Positions 12,351 through 26,739 are shown, counted from the stretch's first letter. The stretch is 64,000 nt of DNA from Mobula hypostoma (GCF_963921235.1 NC_086112.1:21948001-22012000); one strand, 5' to 3'. Notes: generated by a model from the letters alone, not told the origin. Numbers and translations are program-made.

Positions 12351-14959
12351 CTACACAGTGTGGGAATTACAGCTCATAGTTAAAGAGAAAAGTTTAGCTT
12401 AAATCTGAGGAAACAAGTAATCTTGAACCAAAACTAGTAGTTGATACTATAAACCTGGGCCCACATATTGCAATGACAGACTGGTCGACCTAAACAAAGT
12501 GGAAAAATTAGTAACATCCTGGAAAGCTGAGCTTCTGAATTCAGTATCATAGACAACAGGACATGGTTTTTGGCTTCCTTCCAGAATTAAAAACAACGGG
12601 AGCATGTAACTACCTGAAAACTGTCTCATAGTTTTTGCATTTGTACATGAAGCAGTATGAAACAACATTTCATTTGTGCAAAAATCTCATTATTAAAAAT
12701 AAATTCCAGTAAAATAAAATGGCATTAAAAGGATAAATGCAAAGGCTTTCTGTTCAATTTATAAGCACAGCCAAGTAGTAAAACTGAATACAGTAAAGTT
12801 TGAGCTGGCAATGGTCACCAGGTTAAAACAAAATGATCTGGAAAGCTGCAGGAATGTCATAAAAATCTGTGTTCAGCCACAGAACTTCTAGCCAACAGGA
12901 AGATTTGTCATTGCTCAATTGATCAACAGGACAACATGGGATGGTCAGGAATTATCGCTTTACCAGGATCACCTATATGAGAATCCCTTATTGTTTGCTT
13001 TTGGTGGCTGCACCTGCTGTAGGCCATTGTACAGCAATATTAATATTTTTATTTAATTATAAATGAGGTATTTCAGAAAAGTAATCCTTTCCATCATTAA
13101 CCATTAGTTCATGCAAAAAATAATATTCCAAGGGAAAAGTGCACACACAACGAACAGAAGGTTGAATCTGGCGGTAAGAGGTTCAGATTTGATAGCGGAT
13201 GATAAAAAGAGATGCAATCTGGATCCAACATCTGGCAGCTGCCAAAGATTCCCTATGCTTCATGTTAATGCATACAAAAGGAATAGCAAAATAGTGGATA
13301 CAGTCATTTAGACACACAGAAATTTAAAAAGCTGAAGAGCATTGCACTGATGTTATGCAGAGCAACACATCATACATAGATTGTAATAAGCCTGTATCAT
13401 GCTACCCTGCTGCAGCCAGTTGCAAAAACAAACACAAGCTTACAACATTCCCCACTGTCGTAAGGAATGCCCTTGTAGTCGTATGCTATTCCTTCTGATT
13501 TTTCCTTCTTGGCTGAGCGTGGGGCAGGACCTGGCACTGAGCTGATAGATTAAACGGTATAAAGTTCCTCTAAAGTGGGCCAGAAAGGGAAGTGTATTTT
13601 TTTATTTTTATTAATTAATATTTGTTAAACATGTTTTCAAATATATGTATGATTGCTTTATTTTTAATTATCTGAAACAACATCAGTGTCTTTGAGATTA
13701 GCAGCCACGCCAGCAAAGCCTCCAGCTCAGCGAGACTGACTGGGGTAGCAGATGTTTAGTTCATTAGTGGGAATTGCACATGGGGCAAGGTGGAAGCATG
13801 GGCTATGTTGAGCTTGATCTTGCCCAATATGCCAGAGAGAGTTTGAAACCGAATGCTGGAGGATACTCCTTGAGCTGTATATAATTCTCATAGGCCCTGA
13901 CAGAAAACTGCTGAGTGAACTTAAATGAACTCCTTGATTTTTCTGAAAATTTTACAACTTTCCTCCAGCAAACTCCTGGGGTGCTTATCTGAACTTCCAG
14001 GGAATGGAAACATATCAAACAAGGCAATCCTAAACCATGGTCACATTTTGCACCAGCAGCAGTGTTAATTGCAAAAACTGAACACAAACTTACATTTGAT
14101 CTAATATTTATAAACCTGATGAGCACACATAATCCTATAGAGTGTCTCAGAGGAAGGCTTTCACTTTGCAATCCTTTTCTTATTAGCACAATGATATTTT
14201 GCGAATGACATGGATGAGCAGGCTTAATAGCAGTAAATAATGGAAATCTTCTCAAATAAACAATATCCTCCTATAATAGTCAATGATTATGCACAAGAAA
14301 GTAGCTCGGCCTGAATATATAACATCACATCCCATAAACAAATTATACTCAAATATAATACTGAATATTCATAGACCTAGCTGAAGGACCACAGTATAAA
14401 TTGTCATTAGAATGAACACAGAAAACAATGTTAATCAACAGTAGCGGTTAATCCACAGATTATGTAAATTGCAGAATGGTAACATTAATGAAGTTCACCC
14501 ACACAAAGACACTTTCCTTTAACACTTTCACGCATGGACAGATGCAAAACACCAATTATTTTCATTGCATCCTTAACATAGTAAAATGATCCAAGTCACA
14601 TGGCACACAGCTATACAAGATGGTACTAATACAAGCAAAGAAACAGTTTTATTACATCATCATTAAGGATTAAAAAGTGAAGTATAAATGCAGAGAAACT
14701 AAAGGAGGATATTCCAGAGTTTGAGGCTGAGACTGCTGAAGTCATGGTTGCTAAAGGTGGACGAACTAATACTGGGAATGGAGAACAGGTCGGAGTGCAG
14801 AGATCTCAAAAGCATGTTGAATATTATAAAGGCAGTAGACAGCAAGGCCATGAAGGGCTTGCAATAAAGGCATGAAAACTTTGCAATCAAGACATTCCTG
14901 AACTGAACCTAAACGTACTTCAGAAAGCAGGAGGGTAACGAATGAAAGAATTTGGCAAA

Positions 14960-15065
14960 AGGCCATCAACCAAAATTATAATTGTTGCTTTCTCCATCGA
15001 TGCTGCCTGACTTGCTGAGTACTTACAGCGTTTAATGCTTATGCTTTAAACTTCTAGCATCTGCT
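14960..15065 (+). repeat. Decayed Penelope-derived short element (one arm)
   Basis: gatgctgcctgacttgctgagtacttacagc...cttctagcatctgc matches the arm of 47006-47237 and 50859-51060. Confidence 0.6.
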
Positions 15066-17049
15066 TTACAAATCTTCATGCATTTTTAAATAAAAGTATT
15101 TGTGGTTCTGATATGTTTATGTTCAAAAAGGATGGAACTCAATCCTGACAGAAGAGCTATCCAACCTGATTAACTTCATCCTCAAGAAAACAGTGACATC
15201 TGATAAGGAGTTAACCAATCAAGTGCTTGTGAATACTTGCTGATATTGGCCAGACAGCAAACTGCATTATTGATTTATAGATTAAGTGCTTTGTGCTTGC
15301 AAAGACAAGAAAAATAAGGCATATTATTGCTCTGCACTATCAGTTGTCGCCGGCCATTAATTTAATGCTGAGCTCAGAAAATGCTCACAGTTCTCATGGC
15401 AAATCATCAGTACTGGTATTTGATGTTCCAGTAGTAGAAAACACATGGAAAAAAATGTAACTGAATCGATTACTTTAAGAAACTATTTTAAATTGTCTGC
15501 TTCCCTTCAAGGGCATGGGATTTGGTAGGAAATACAGAACAGAAATAGATGTCAATTACTCTATCTGGGGTTTGTGTTCCTAGAAAATAGCTCAGATTGC
15601 AATTTTCACTAAAGCAAATCTGTATTATCACCACATGCATCAAGAAATACAAGTTGGAAGTAAAAAGTTTGTGTTTGTTTATTTGCATAAATTCTGGAAG
15701 AGCAAATTTTATTCTGCATCTCAAATTTTTGTTGAAAGGTTTGGGGATTCTTTAAAGGCAAATTTCCATTACTTCAGCAGGTGTAATGCGAGGCTTGCTA
15801 TACCCCTTCTGTGTTTTGTTTACATGTAAAAACCTGACTTACCAAACAAAAACTCCGATTTGTAACATCTGTATAGATGTGAAAGATAAAAGAGAGAGGG
15901 AGAGTGAAAGAGGCAGACTGAAAGAAAAAGTAGATAAACACAGAAATGTCAGAAAAATCCAGACAGGTATATTCTTCAATTGTTCTCATTCTTCAGTTAT
16001 CGCGTTAAAGTTGAACTTTTTTAAAAAAAGGTTTTTGTTGGAAACAATCAATCAACAGGAAATACAGTAATAAATTTAAGGAGGCAAGGATCTTAATTGG
16101 GGCATCTGACCTACGGTAATATCCTTGTGGTAATGCAAAAGAAAGATGTGAATTATAAGCATAAGAATGAAAGATGATCATTTAATTCAAGTTTTTTCAG
16201 CCACTCAACTAGATCAGGATAATCTGAACCTTGTTCCAATACATACACAACTGCCAATGCTTTTGACTTTATGTTCCGACAATTTTCAAAATGGAAAAAA
16301 AAATGCCTTTTTGTCTCAGAGTTACATGGGATATAAGGAAGTGGGTTCTGTAAATATCATCATGAAAAGAACCAGATATCTGAAAAAAAGCAAGTTTAAT
16401 GAAATCTAATATTTTGTTTTTAAATCACTGAATAACAAATTGTTAGACAAGCTGGTTTGTCTATTTTCAAAAAAACTAGCTTACGAAAGAAGATTACTAA
16501 TTGAGACTGACAAAAATCCAATAAAGTTGATACGGTACTGTTCATAAGTATTCAGATGGGATTAACACTGTGTTATCTGGATTATTTTGGAATCAACTAT
16601 CCTTTAAATTATTGAACAGATGATTCAGTTGTGGGGATATGTTAAGTCTCAACAAAAATCATATAAATTCCCGTTTAATTGAAATGTTGTTCTTCACTAT
16701 TTTGTGAGCAAGATATAGTGTAATCAGGTTAAAGCTGAAATGAATAATTGATCATTTAATTATATACTAAGTATTACTTAGTGCCATTCCACCTCTTCAG
16801 CACCGAAATTTAACAATGACAAGTTTGGAGTTCCTTGTATGTTTTAATGGTTGAAGGCTTTTTAATATAATAAAACTAATTTTGCTTTCACTTTGGCTTT
16901 CGCCTCTTTTTTTCTTAATCCAGCCTATTCTTTTGCGCTTTCATTGGACATTAAATCTGGCCAATCAAATTAACAAAACCATTCATATCTCCACACTTTC
17001 CATTATACAATCTATTTAAGGAGATACATGGTGCAAAAGATCTTAGCTG

Positions 17050-17872
17050 TGTGATGACAAACCAAGTTATCAGAAGATTGATACTGATGAGAGAGATAAG
17101 GGAGACAATGGAGAAGCATTCAAAATGTTAATGAGAGAGGAGAGAGAGTAACGAAAAGAGACACAGTTCCGAGCACTGACAGACCGGTTGCTTTGAACCT
17201 GAACTGTTTGAAGTTTGATGGACAGGCGATACCCCAGCAGGGGGATAAAAGGAACAGGTTCGCTAAGGCACGGCACACCACGAGATCACGAGATAACGAG
17301 ACCCTGGAAGAGCAGTGTGCCCCCACAAGTCGGTGGGAGTTTGGAGGTCTGATCGCGGGACCGACCATAGATGCACAGTGTGAAAAGGTGCAATCGGCGG
17401 GAACCTGGTGTGTGTGTCCGCCCTTGCCTGGGTGCCGGGTTCACCGCGGAAGAACGGTCGTATCCGGAACGGAGGGGTCACAGTCGGTGACCACAGAAGA
17501 CATAAAAGGGTTCGCCCAAAAGCTAACTGCGAAGAACAAAGGTCTGTGTGAATCAGAATTTGCATTCTCACTCTCTCTCTCCAACTGCACAACAGCGATT
17601 ACTGCGAACTGTACTAAGCTGAACTGAACTCTGCGTCACTTGAGACTGATCATTTTACCCCTAGACTGCGATAGAGCTTGATTGATTCCTATCATCCTAG
17701 TTCTGTGTACATGTGTGTTTTATCATTGCTAACCTGTTGCATTTATATCCTTACGATTAGAGTACTGTGTTACTTATTTCTTTAATAAAACTTTCTTAGT
17801 TCCAGTAATCCAGACTCCAACTAAGTGGTCCATTTCTGCTGGTTTGGCAACCCAGTTATGGGGTACGTAACA
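17050..17872 (+). mobile_element. Solo LTR, copy 2 (divergent subfamily)
   Basis: TG...CGTAACA; own 4-bp TSD gctg (17046-17049, 17873-17876); 3' half very similar to copy 1, 5' end different. Confidence 0.92.
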
Positions 17873-18419
17873 GCTGCCTTGCAGGATGTACCACAATATT
17901 CACTGAGCACTCCCTGTAGCTTATAGAAAGAATTGCCATCAACTTAAAAAAGAACTACCTAGTCTAGAGGGTGAGTGGGGAGTAAGTAGTTGGGTGTTAG
18001 AGTGACTTGTTGGCTACTCTTAATTAAAGTTCAATTAATTGAAATTAGTGCATAAGGAACAGGAAAAGGATCAGCCCATTCCACACAATCCATTTTCCTA
18101 GTAACTTCCAACATCCGTTGATTCCTCACCAATCCAGAAATCTATCAGTCTCTGGTTTTGAACGCCAGTATTACTACCAAACCACCTCTTTCGCACTGAA
18201 ACTTACCACAAATTTTAATAGCTGCATTTTACTTTCCTACGTAGTCTTCATTTTCTTTACATTTTGGCTCTTTGCCTCTTTTCTCCTCACCAAGTCTTTC
18301 CTTCTATCTGTTATAGAGTCTAAAAGACAAGGTAGAGGGGGTTGAGAATACTAGATTCATCCCTGCCCTCTGCGTAAAGAAATGTATTTACAGGCGTAAC
18401 TTTAGAAAAGTAGAAAAAT

Positions 18420-18537
18420 AGAGAGCTATACAGTAGGGAAATTCTAGGCAGCTTCCAGAGTAGGTTACATGGTAAGCACAACATTGTGGGCTGAAGGGCC
18501 TGTAATGTGCTGTAGATTTTCTGTGTTCTATGTTCTA
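18420..18537 (+). mobile_element. CR1 3' tail
   Basis: gcacaacattgtgggctgaagggcctgtaatgtgctgtag...gttctatgttcta. Confidence 0.8.
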
Positions 18538-20685
18538 AAAACTTACTTTAATTAATCATTTGAACATCGACAAACATCGTTTTTTGCACCTCAAATGAAG
18601 AACATAAACCCCTCACCATACTTCCATCAATTGGTCACTCAGAAAACAGACAATTTTCAATACAATTTGCCAAAACAACCAAACTTCATGAATGTATTCA
18701 AATAATGGATATCACAAGACTACTTGGAGAAAATTGGCACCCGGTTTATTCACAGTTATGATATGCATTGGACACTGCATAAGTGGGAAACGTGGCTGCC
18801 TCTGCATTCCATGGCCAAGAATGACTGAGGACCAGAATAGTGCACTTTGACTGACACGTAAACTACATTCAACAGTAACCAGATATCAAAACTTATCATC
18901 CCTATGGTAGTGTTTCTTTGTCTACCAACTCATTAAGGAAATTTGAGGAACACACAGTTAAAATTCAAATGTTAGTTCATCTAATTAAGTTAGAACCTCT
19001 AGATAAAAGACTGCAATTAATCGGAAACATGGATAAATTGTACACTCCCTTTTTATAAATAAACTCTCAAGTATTTTTGCTAATCACAGGAAGCAGTATT
19101 TTCCTTAGTTTCAAGCAGTATGTTTCAAATTGCTTGTTGAAATCAGTTTAATGGGCTGATGTGCATTTCTGAAATATTTAATACAATACATGTATTTCTG
19201 AGTTTGTAATTCAAGGCTATCAACATTTGAATCCACTACATTAAAGCATAAAAATCATTCATACCTTTAGCTGCATTCATCTCCTTCTGGACAAAAGAAT
19301 TTGTGTTTCAAATCTTAATGTCAAACTACAAAATACTCCAAATGGCAAAACACTTTGCATTCTCTTCAATCATTAGTAATTTTCTTTTCCAATTTTCTCT
19401 TCATGTTCTTAATTCCTTTTCAGCAACTTTCAATTGGCTTTCCAATCTTCTTATTTCCAGTTCTTTCAATCAATGAAAATTACTTGTGCTTGTTCCTTAC
19501 AAACCTTCAATTAAAAAAATCTGAAGCTAAATCATCAAATTTCTCTTCGCTCCAAATGGAATACATTACATAATGCAATGAAACTTAAGTATGTGGCAAT
19601 ATTGGCTTTCAACTCGAGCTGAAGTTTAAACTTTTATTCTAACAGGCCAACTCTCATGAAAGGAAGACTTAAAGCACATCTTAGAAGACGTAAGCTAAAC
19701 AACCAGGTTCTATGCTTGGATAATTAGGCTGGTGGAGCTACATGATTCAGTAGTTAAAATACTTTTTGGCAGGCTTTATATTACTTATACCCTATCATGA
19801 CAGTAAATGTTGTTACATATTTTAATCTTGCTTATTTAAACTTTTCAGCCATTACACAAGTGAACTTTTCTCAATAGCTTTCCTAATCCAGTCAATTCAA
19901 GCAGAAATCTATGACAAGTGGCTGTTAAGATTTATTTTCCTGACACCCACTGTGAAGTAGGTGAGTATGAGAAATCAAAGTTAGAACCTAATTAACATTG
20001 GATGTTCTGGGACAGATGCATATATGATGCTTATTCTTGGGGGGGAAATGCCTCTGAATTAGGTAAAATAAAATTGGGAGCTATACAAAATTGTGAAAGA
20101 CACCGAACTGTAGATAATGGCATCATTACTGCCAGAGCAGGGGACAATTTCAGAATATGACATAAAATCTATATTGTACGTTGGCTTATTTCTAAATTAT
20201 CCTGCAGAACTGAAGAACCATTATATGAACAGAACCTACAGAAATTTTCTTTATCAGCTCAGCCCTCTACGTGTCAATGCACAGTTTAGGATAAAACAGG
20301 TTTCAATATATTGTTTAAGAATAAGATTCTCATTTCAGATTTCAGTTTTTTGCCCTCAAACAAAATCTAAACTTCTGTCACATTATGATCACTATTCCAC
20401 AGTTCGGAAATTACAAATTAGTCCTATTTCATTATACATCACTGATTCTAAATAGCTTATTACCTGTTTAATTAACAAAGTATGATTTTAGAAAATTATC
20501 TTGAATACATGCCATAAATTCATTTTCAAGATTTCTTCTGTCAATTACATTGACCTACTCTAAATGAAGATTCAGGTCCATCATTATTGCAGTACTTCTT
20601 GAAATACAACTACTATTAGCAAGATCACAGCCAACTTAAGCAGATCAACACACAATATGCTAGGGGAACTCAGTGGGTCAGACAT

Positions 20686-22308
20686 TAATGGACCCTTTCC
20701 AGTCGCTTTATCACTCAAATCGATCCACTGCGATACAATAGCCTCTGTCCTCCACTCTGTCCTGTTCCACCTGAAAAATGGGGTCTCATGTGCCAGACTG
20801 CTGTTTACAGACTTCAGTTCAGCGTTCAACACCACCATATCCCAGAAACTGGGGGGAAACCATCTTGTGGGGTCCCAACACCTCCCTCTGCAATTTAATA
20901 CTGGACTTCTTAACAGTAAGGCCACAGTCAGTCTGTGTGGGCAGCAATGTCTCTTGTCCCATTACACTGAGAAGTGGCGCTCCCCAAGGCTGTGTGCTCA
21001 AACCGCTGCTGCTCACAATGCTGGCACATGACTGTGTCACAGGATCCAGCTCAAACTGTGCCATCAAGTTTGCGGATAACACAACATTGTTACGCTTTAT
21101 AAAGAACGATGACCAGACAGTGTATAGAGAGGAAGTGGATTTGTGTGAGAAGAACAAGCTATGCACGAACGTGGAGAAGACAAAGGAAATCATTGTGGAC
21201 TTCAGGAAGGTGCAGATGAACCATGCCCCTCTGCAAATAACATGGTTCCCCTGTACAGAGAGTGAAGTTCACCAAGTTCCTGGGAGTTCACATCACAGAT
21301 TACCTCACCTGGTCCCTTAATATAACCTCTCTGAATAAGAAGGCAGAGCAGTGCCTCCACTTCCTAAGAAGATTGAGGCAAGCAAGGCTCTCCCTCCCCC
21401 ATCTTAACTGTGTTATACAGGAGCATCATTGAGAGTGTCTTGACAAGTTGCCTCTCCATCTAGTAAGGGAGCAGTTGAGCATTGGACCGGAAGTCCGAAC
21501 AAAACACTCTGAGAACTCTGAGAGGATTATAGGAGTCTCCCTACCATCCATCAAGGACATTTGTCAGAGGTGCAGCGTACACAGGGCCCTTGTATTATTA
21601 AGGATCCTGCCTATCCATCCAGTATCCTCTTTGATTTTCTACCATCCAGCAGGAGTCTATGATGCATAAAAACAAAAACAGTCAGGATGAGAAAAGTTTC
21701 TTCCCCAGGATATTAGGCTTCTGAACTCCCTGCCGCATTGTATTTGAAGTGTCACTGGTTAATCTGTTCTGGACCTTACAATATTTAATATTAATGCACT
21801 TTAGTTTGTTGTATATGTGTGGTGCATCTGCAGATTTTATCTTTACCTTCATATCCACTCCCATCTACTACATAATGTACTGGGTGGGCACAGGAGTACA
21901 TTCAGCCAGAGACTCATTTCTCCAAGATGCAGCACAGAGCGCCATAGGAAGTCATTCCTGCCTGTGGCCATCAAACTTTACAACTCCTCCCTTGGAGGGT
22001 CAGACACCTGTGCCGATAGGCTGATCCTGGACTTACTTCATATTTTACTGGCATAATTTACATATTACTATTTAACTATTTTATGGTTCTATTACTATTT
22101 ATTATTTATGGTGCAACTGTAGCAAAAACCAATTTCCCCCTAGGATCAATAAAGTATGACTATGACTATAACTTATCATGTGTTATGTGTACTGCTGTTC
22201 TTTACACTCTGGTTTGAAGAAACGTTATCTCATTTCTATATACATTATATGGTTATATATGCTATATACTTGTATATAATTAAATAACAGTAAACTTGAC
22301 TTGACCTG
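20686..22308 (+). mobile_element. Rex1/Babar-type LINE (RT and 3' end), interrupted
   Basis: [40 protein letters not shown]; acttgacttga tail. Appears to split a Penelope-derived element (halves near 20646-20685 and 22309-22355). Confidence 0.9.
21854..22169 (+). mobile_element. Rex1-like LINE 3' end nested in the 3' UTR of another Rex LINE
   Basis: PRCSTERHRKSFLPVAIKLYNSS; ends aatttccccctaggatcaataaagtatgactatgactat. Confidence 0.8.
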
Positions 22309-22399
22309 AATAGAGGGAAATGAACAGTCGGCATTTTGTCCAAAATCCTTTACGACACAAATATAAAGCCTACACCCAATGGCAATACCATCACCCAGT

Positions 22400-23090
22400 G
22401 CACCATCTATATCTTGGACATTACATTGACCAGAAATTCACCTGGACCAGAGACATAAATACTAATATTTTCTTTGGGATATAATTTACTTCCTGATGCC
22501 CCAAAGCTTTTCCACCATTTACAAGGCATGATAGAAAACATCCACTTGGTTTAAAGAGTATTGCTCCAGCAGTTTTCAAGATGATTGACATCAAAATGGA
22601 AACTACCCTAATATTCATTTCCTCCACCATCTACATACAGCAGTTTCAGCGTGAAGCATTCACAATATAATCAGGCTACTCCAACAACATCTCAAAGCCA
22701 CAATCTCTGTCTTGAAGAGCGAGAATGCTAACCTCCAAAGCATAAACTAATTAGGAACAGATTCAGAATCAGGTTTATTAGCACTGACATGTGTTGTGAA
22801 ATTTAGTTTTGGGGCAGCAGTGCAGTGCAATCCGTAAAAAAAATACTGCAGGTTACATTAAGAAATATTTAAAAAATAGTGTAAAAAGAGATCAAAATAG
22901 TGTGGTAGTGTTCTGACATGGAAATATATTGTCAGGTCTTCATTGCTGTTCTGTTTAAATCATGAAAGTCCTTACTCAACAACACTGTGCGAGTAACTTC
23001 ACCAGAAGGATTACCCTTCTTAAGGCAATTTAGGATGGCAATAAATTCAGGCCTTGCCAGTGACATTCAGATCCAGAAATAATTAAAAGA
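22400..23090 (+). mobile_element. Old CR1/Jockey-group LINE 3' fragment, interrupted by a Rex tail (about 22760-22912, minus)
   Basis: cattgaccagaaattcacctggaccag...ccccaaagcttttccaccatttacaaggca...ggcaatttaggatggcaataaattcaggccttgccagtgac, recognised as a shark/ray LINE tail. Confidence 0.55.
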
Positions 23091-23600
23091 AACACACCTG
23101 TTCATCCCTGACTACATTCCAATATTCTCTGCAAAAATCCTTTCTTACCTCAGCCTGTATACCAGCAAGTTGATGACCGTGCCCACTCCTCAACATACTT
23201 ATGCATACAACAATACACTCAACTTGACATCTATAGTAGGGTTAAATAAAGTTGCCATCATATGGGCAGTTAAGGTTTTTGCAATATGTTACCAATAATG
23301 TGAAGGCTATTTAATGTCGTATGGTCAGCCCTAAAGGCACAGACCAAGCATACAGAATATACAAGTGGCAGGAAAAAGGCAAGCAAAAATGGCCAGCCCT
23401 GATACAAACAGAAATAAAGAGCTAATTATCTACAGTACTTTACAGATTTTCATTTATTTAAACTAATTTATTTACCAGAAGTTAAATAGCTCTATTTTGA
23501 TATACCTATCAGTCCTTGACAAAACTTTAAGCAAAACAACTAGGAAGATAAGCCCCTGAATGGGCCATATATCCCTTCAAGCCTGTTCTATTATTCAATA

Positions 23601-24277
23601 AGATTAGATTAGATTATGAGGACACTCAGTCCTCGTCTATTGTCATTTAGAAATGCACGCATTAAAAAAATGATGCAATGTTCCTCCAGAAAGATATCAC
23701 AGAAACACAGGACAAACCAAGACTAAAACTGACAAAACCACACAATTATAACATATAGTTACAACAGTGCAAAACAATACCGTAATTTGATAAAGAGCAG
23801 ACTATGGGCACAGTAAAAAAAAAGCTCAAGTCCCAATAGCCCCATCATCTCACGCAGACGGTAGAAGGGAGAAACTCTCCCTGTCATGAAGCTCCAAGCG
23901 CCGCAAACTTGCTGAGGCATTGGAAGCACCAGACCGCAGCCAACTCTGAGACCGTCCGAAAACTTCGAGCCTCCGACCAGCCCTCCGACACCAAGCACCA
24001 AGCACCATCCACTGCCGAGTGCTTTGACCCTGTCCCGGCCGTCCAGCAACAAGCAAAGCCAAGGACTCGGGGCCTTTCCCTCTGGCAATTCTGGATCACA
24101 CAGTAGCAGCAGCAGCAAAGCAGGCATTTCAGAAGTTTCACCAGATGTTCATCCGTGCTCTCACGTCTGTCTCCATCAAATCAGGATTGTGCACAGCACC
24201 CTACTTGACAGATAACAGATATGATTCATCGGAGTGGCCGCTGCAACCTGCGTCGCGCCGCCATCTTCTCCTCCTCC
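23601..24277 (-). mobile_element. Non-autonomous LINE-derived retroelement (about 680 bp)
   Basis: Minus strand starts ggaggaggagAAGATGGCGGCG; GC/CpG-rich body; ends aatgacaatagacg...(AATCT)n; lies inside a decayed CR1 tail. Confidence 0.7.
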
Positions 24278-26059
24278 TAATGCTAATTATAGATTAGCGT
24301 GATAGATAATTATAGATAATCCAACCTGTTCCCTATTTCCATATTCCTGCATGAACCAAAGATTTCCTTGCAGTCCAAACATCTGTCTCAGCCTTGAATA
24401 TCTTCAATGGCTCAGCTTCCACAACTTGGTAAAGACATCCAAAGCTTCATACGCCTCTGCAAGCAAAAAACATCCTCTCCACCCCCATCTTCAACAGACA
24501 ATCCCTTGATCTAAAACTGTCTCCTAGTCTCCTAGTTGTACGATCCCCTTTCTCAGAATTTTATATGTTTCAATAAAACCACCTCACATTCTTCTAAATA
24601 CCAATGAATACAACCCCGTCCTTCCATCGCATTTATCATGCAGAAAAGGCCAAAATACCCAATTTTATTCCAAACATGAGAAGTACCGATGGAGACACAC
24701 AGAGTCACCTCCTTCCCCTCTGCATCAAATTCAACGTGTGCTAGTAAAATTAATTTACTTAAGACCAAGGTCTCCAGGTACTAACTTGACCTCAGCTCAC
24801 AATAATTATCATCCATTACAGGTTATCATTAATTAACTGTTAAATTTTAATTTTAATTTTCACTATCTTATTTACTATGGTTAACATTTGTTAAAATTTA
24901 AAAGCTTAATTTCAATGCAAAGTGCAAAACTAAATTACATTTCTAAATGATATTATTCATTCTTTTGCACATTCTTTAAACTACTTTGTGCAGTCTTTTT
25001 ACCGAAATATACCTCCGCCTTTCCTCATCAGGCATCAGCTGTTTATGCTGAAATATTCCACATCTGATCTTATGCATTCAAAAAAAAACAGATGTTTTCT
25101 CTAAATGTGTTTGATAGTTTTAAATCTAAGCCCTCTTGTCATTGTATAATGCGTAGTGGAAATGGTTATTACTTATTTACCCCATCAAAATCACTCAAAA
25201 TGTTTAAAATGTTCACATTTTAAATCTTGAATGAAAAGCCATAAATCGGAGCATTATAAAGTACAGGCTTTTTCATTATAAAGCTATGGCTTGAACTAAT
25301 AGTGAATACTTTCAATTATCACTACTTGTGGACTTCCACTGTAATGGACATATTTAGAAACAAGTTATGTTAAAGAACAAGTGTAAGTTTAAAATTTAAA
25401 CAGACACTTATATTTATGGTTCTTTTAAAAATACTTGCACATCATGATTAAAATTCAATGCAATGCAAATATCAAAGCCTTCTTTCAGCAACATACATCT
25501 GGCAGCTCAATCATGTTTCTACTTTCATGCTAAAATGTGTTAAGCATTGAGAGCAAAAACACAGCTGTCAGAATCTGAGCAGACAGTAAATCTTTTCCCT
25601 TTTAAAGAAGGCATTAGGCTCTCAATCCCGAATACTTCTGCATTAAGGATGCATTAGAGAAGGGGACAACTCATACACATTGTGCACTGTGAAATTCCAT
25701 GAGGGAAGAATGTTGCAAACTGCTTTCAATTTCTCATCGTGAAATTTTATATCAATCTCCTATTTGGAGTTTTCCACATTTACAGTATATTTGAATCATA
25801 TCAAATCTGAAGAATGGTATAACAGTCACTGCCCATAAGGCGACCAGATATGACGAGAAATATTAAAGATTTTTTTGCATCATACAGAGTCCATTTTGAA
25901 ATTAGCACATGATGGTATTTCATGAAATAATTAATTAAATTTAAGAATGTGAAACACAATGTGTAAGCTTCCAAAGGAAGTCCATCTTAGTGCCTTATAT
26001 TTCTAATCAGTAGAGTTGCTATAATTGTAAATGATGCAGTGAGATTACACTAAACATAC

Positions 26060-26440
26060 TGTATACAGTTATCATCCCCTTACCCAAGAAATGATACAGC
26101 AGCATTGGAGGCAAACCTAAAGAGATTCATGAGGTGAATTACTGGAATGAGAGGCTAAGAAGGTTAAGTCTGTCTTCTTTTGAGTTTAAGAGAATGAAAG
26201 TTGATCTTAAGGAGGCATTACAACATTTTTCATTACTGGGAGAATCTTAGCTGAGGGAACATAGTTTCAAGAAAAGGAGCTGATCATTTAAAATTGAGGT
26301 ACTAAGAAATTCACTCACGCAGAGAATGCTGAATCTGTTGAATTTTCTGCCCCGACAACCTGCAGTAGATCAGCCACAATAATTTTGAAAGACAGGGCAA
26401 GGTTTCAGGGGCCGGGAGACCTATAGTTGTTCCCTTTCTC
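26060..26440 (+). mobile_element. Degenerate CR1 3' fragment
   Basis: gagtttaagagaatgaaagttgatctt...ttcactcacgcagagaatgctgaatctg...cagccaca tail. Confidence 0.65.
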
Positions 26441-26739
26441 AAGAATAACCACTTCACTAATGTATTGAAAAATATCTTCTACTATGTCCAATATAAAACA
26501 TTAAATGCTTCCTCAAACTATGAAGTAAACAGCGAGCATACCAAACTCTCAGGACATTTATAATGACATGTCATTGAATCTGACAAAACAATATATATCA
26601 AGAAACAATGAATCCATTATTAAGTGAGCATCAAAATTAAACTACACAGCACAAAGCTCTCGAAGAGCAGTCTAAGAAAAAGTTTATGTAGCTATTGAGC
26701 AGCTGGCTGTTCATTTCATGGCAGAAAATTACAATTCGA

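Noticed and set aside
13803-14255. 150-aa minus-strand ORF as a novel gene
   Set aside because: Non-ATG start, no recognisable domain or splice framework; expected by chance.
7476-17872. A full-length 10.4-kb LTR retrotransposon that captured an FBXL17 exon
   Set aside because: Each LTR has its own different TSD, their 5' ends differ, and no gag/pol sequence is seen between them.
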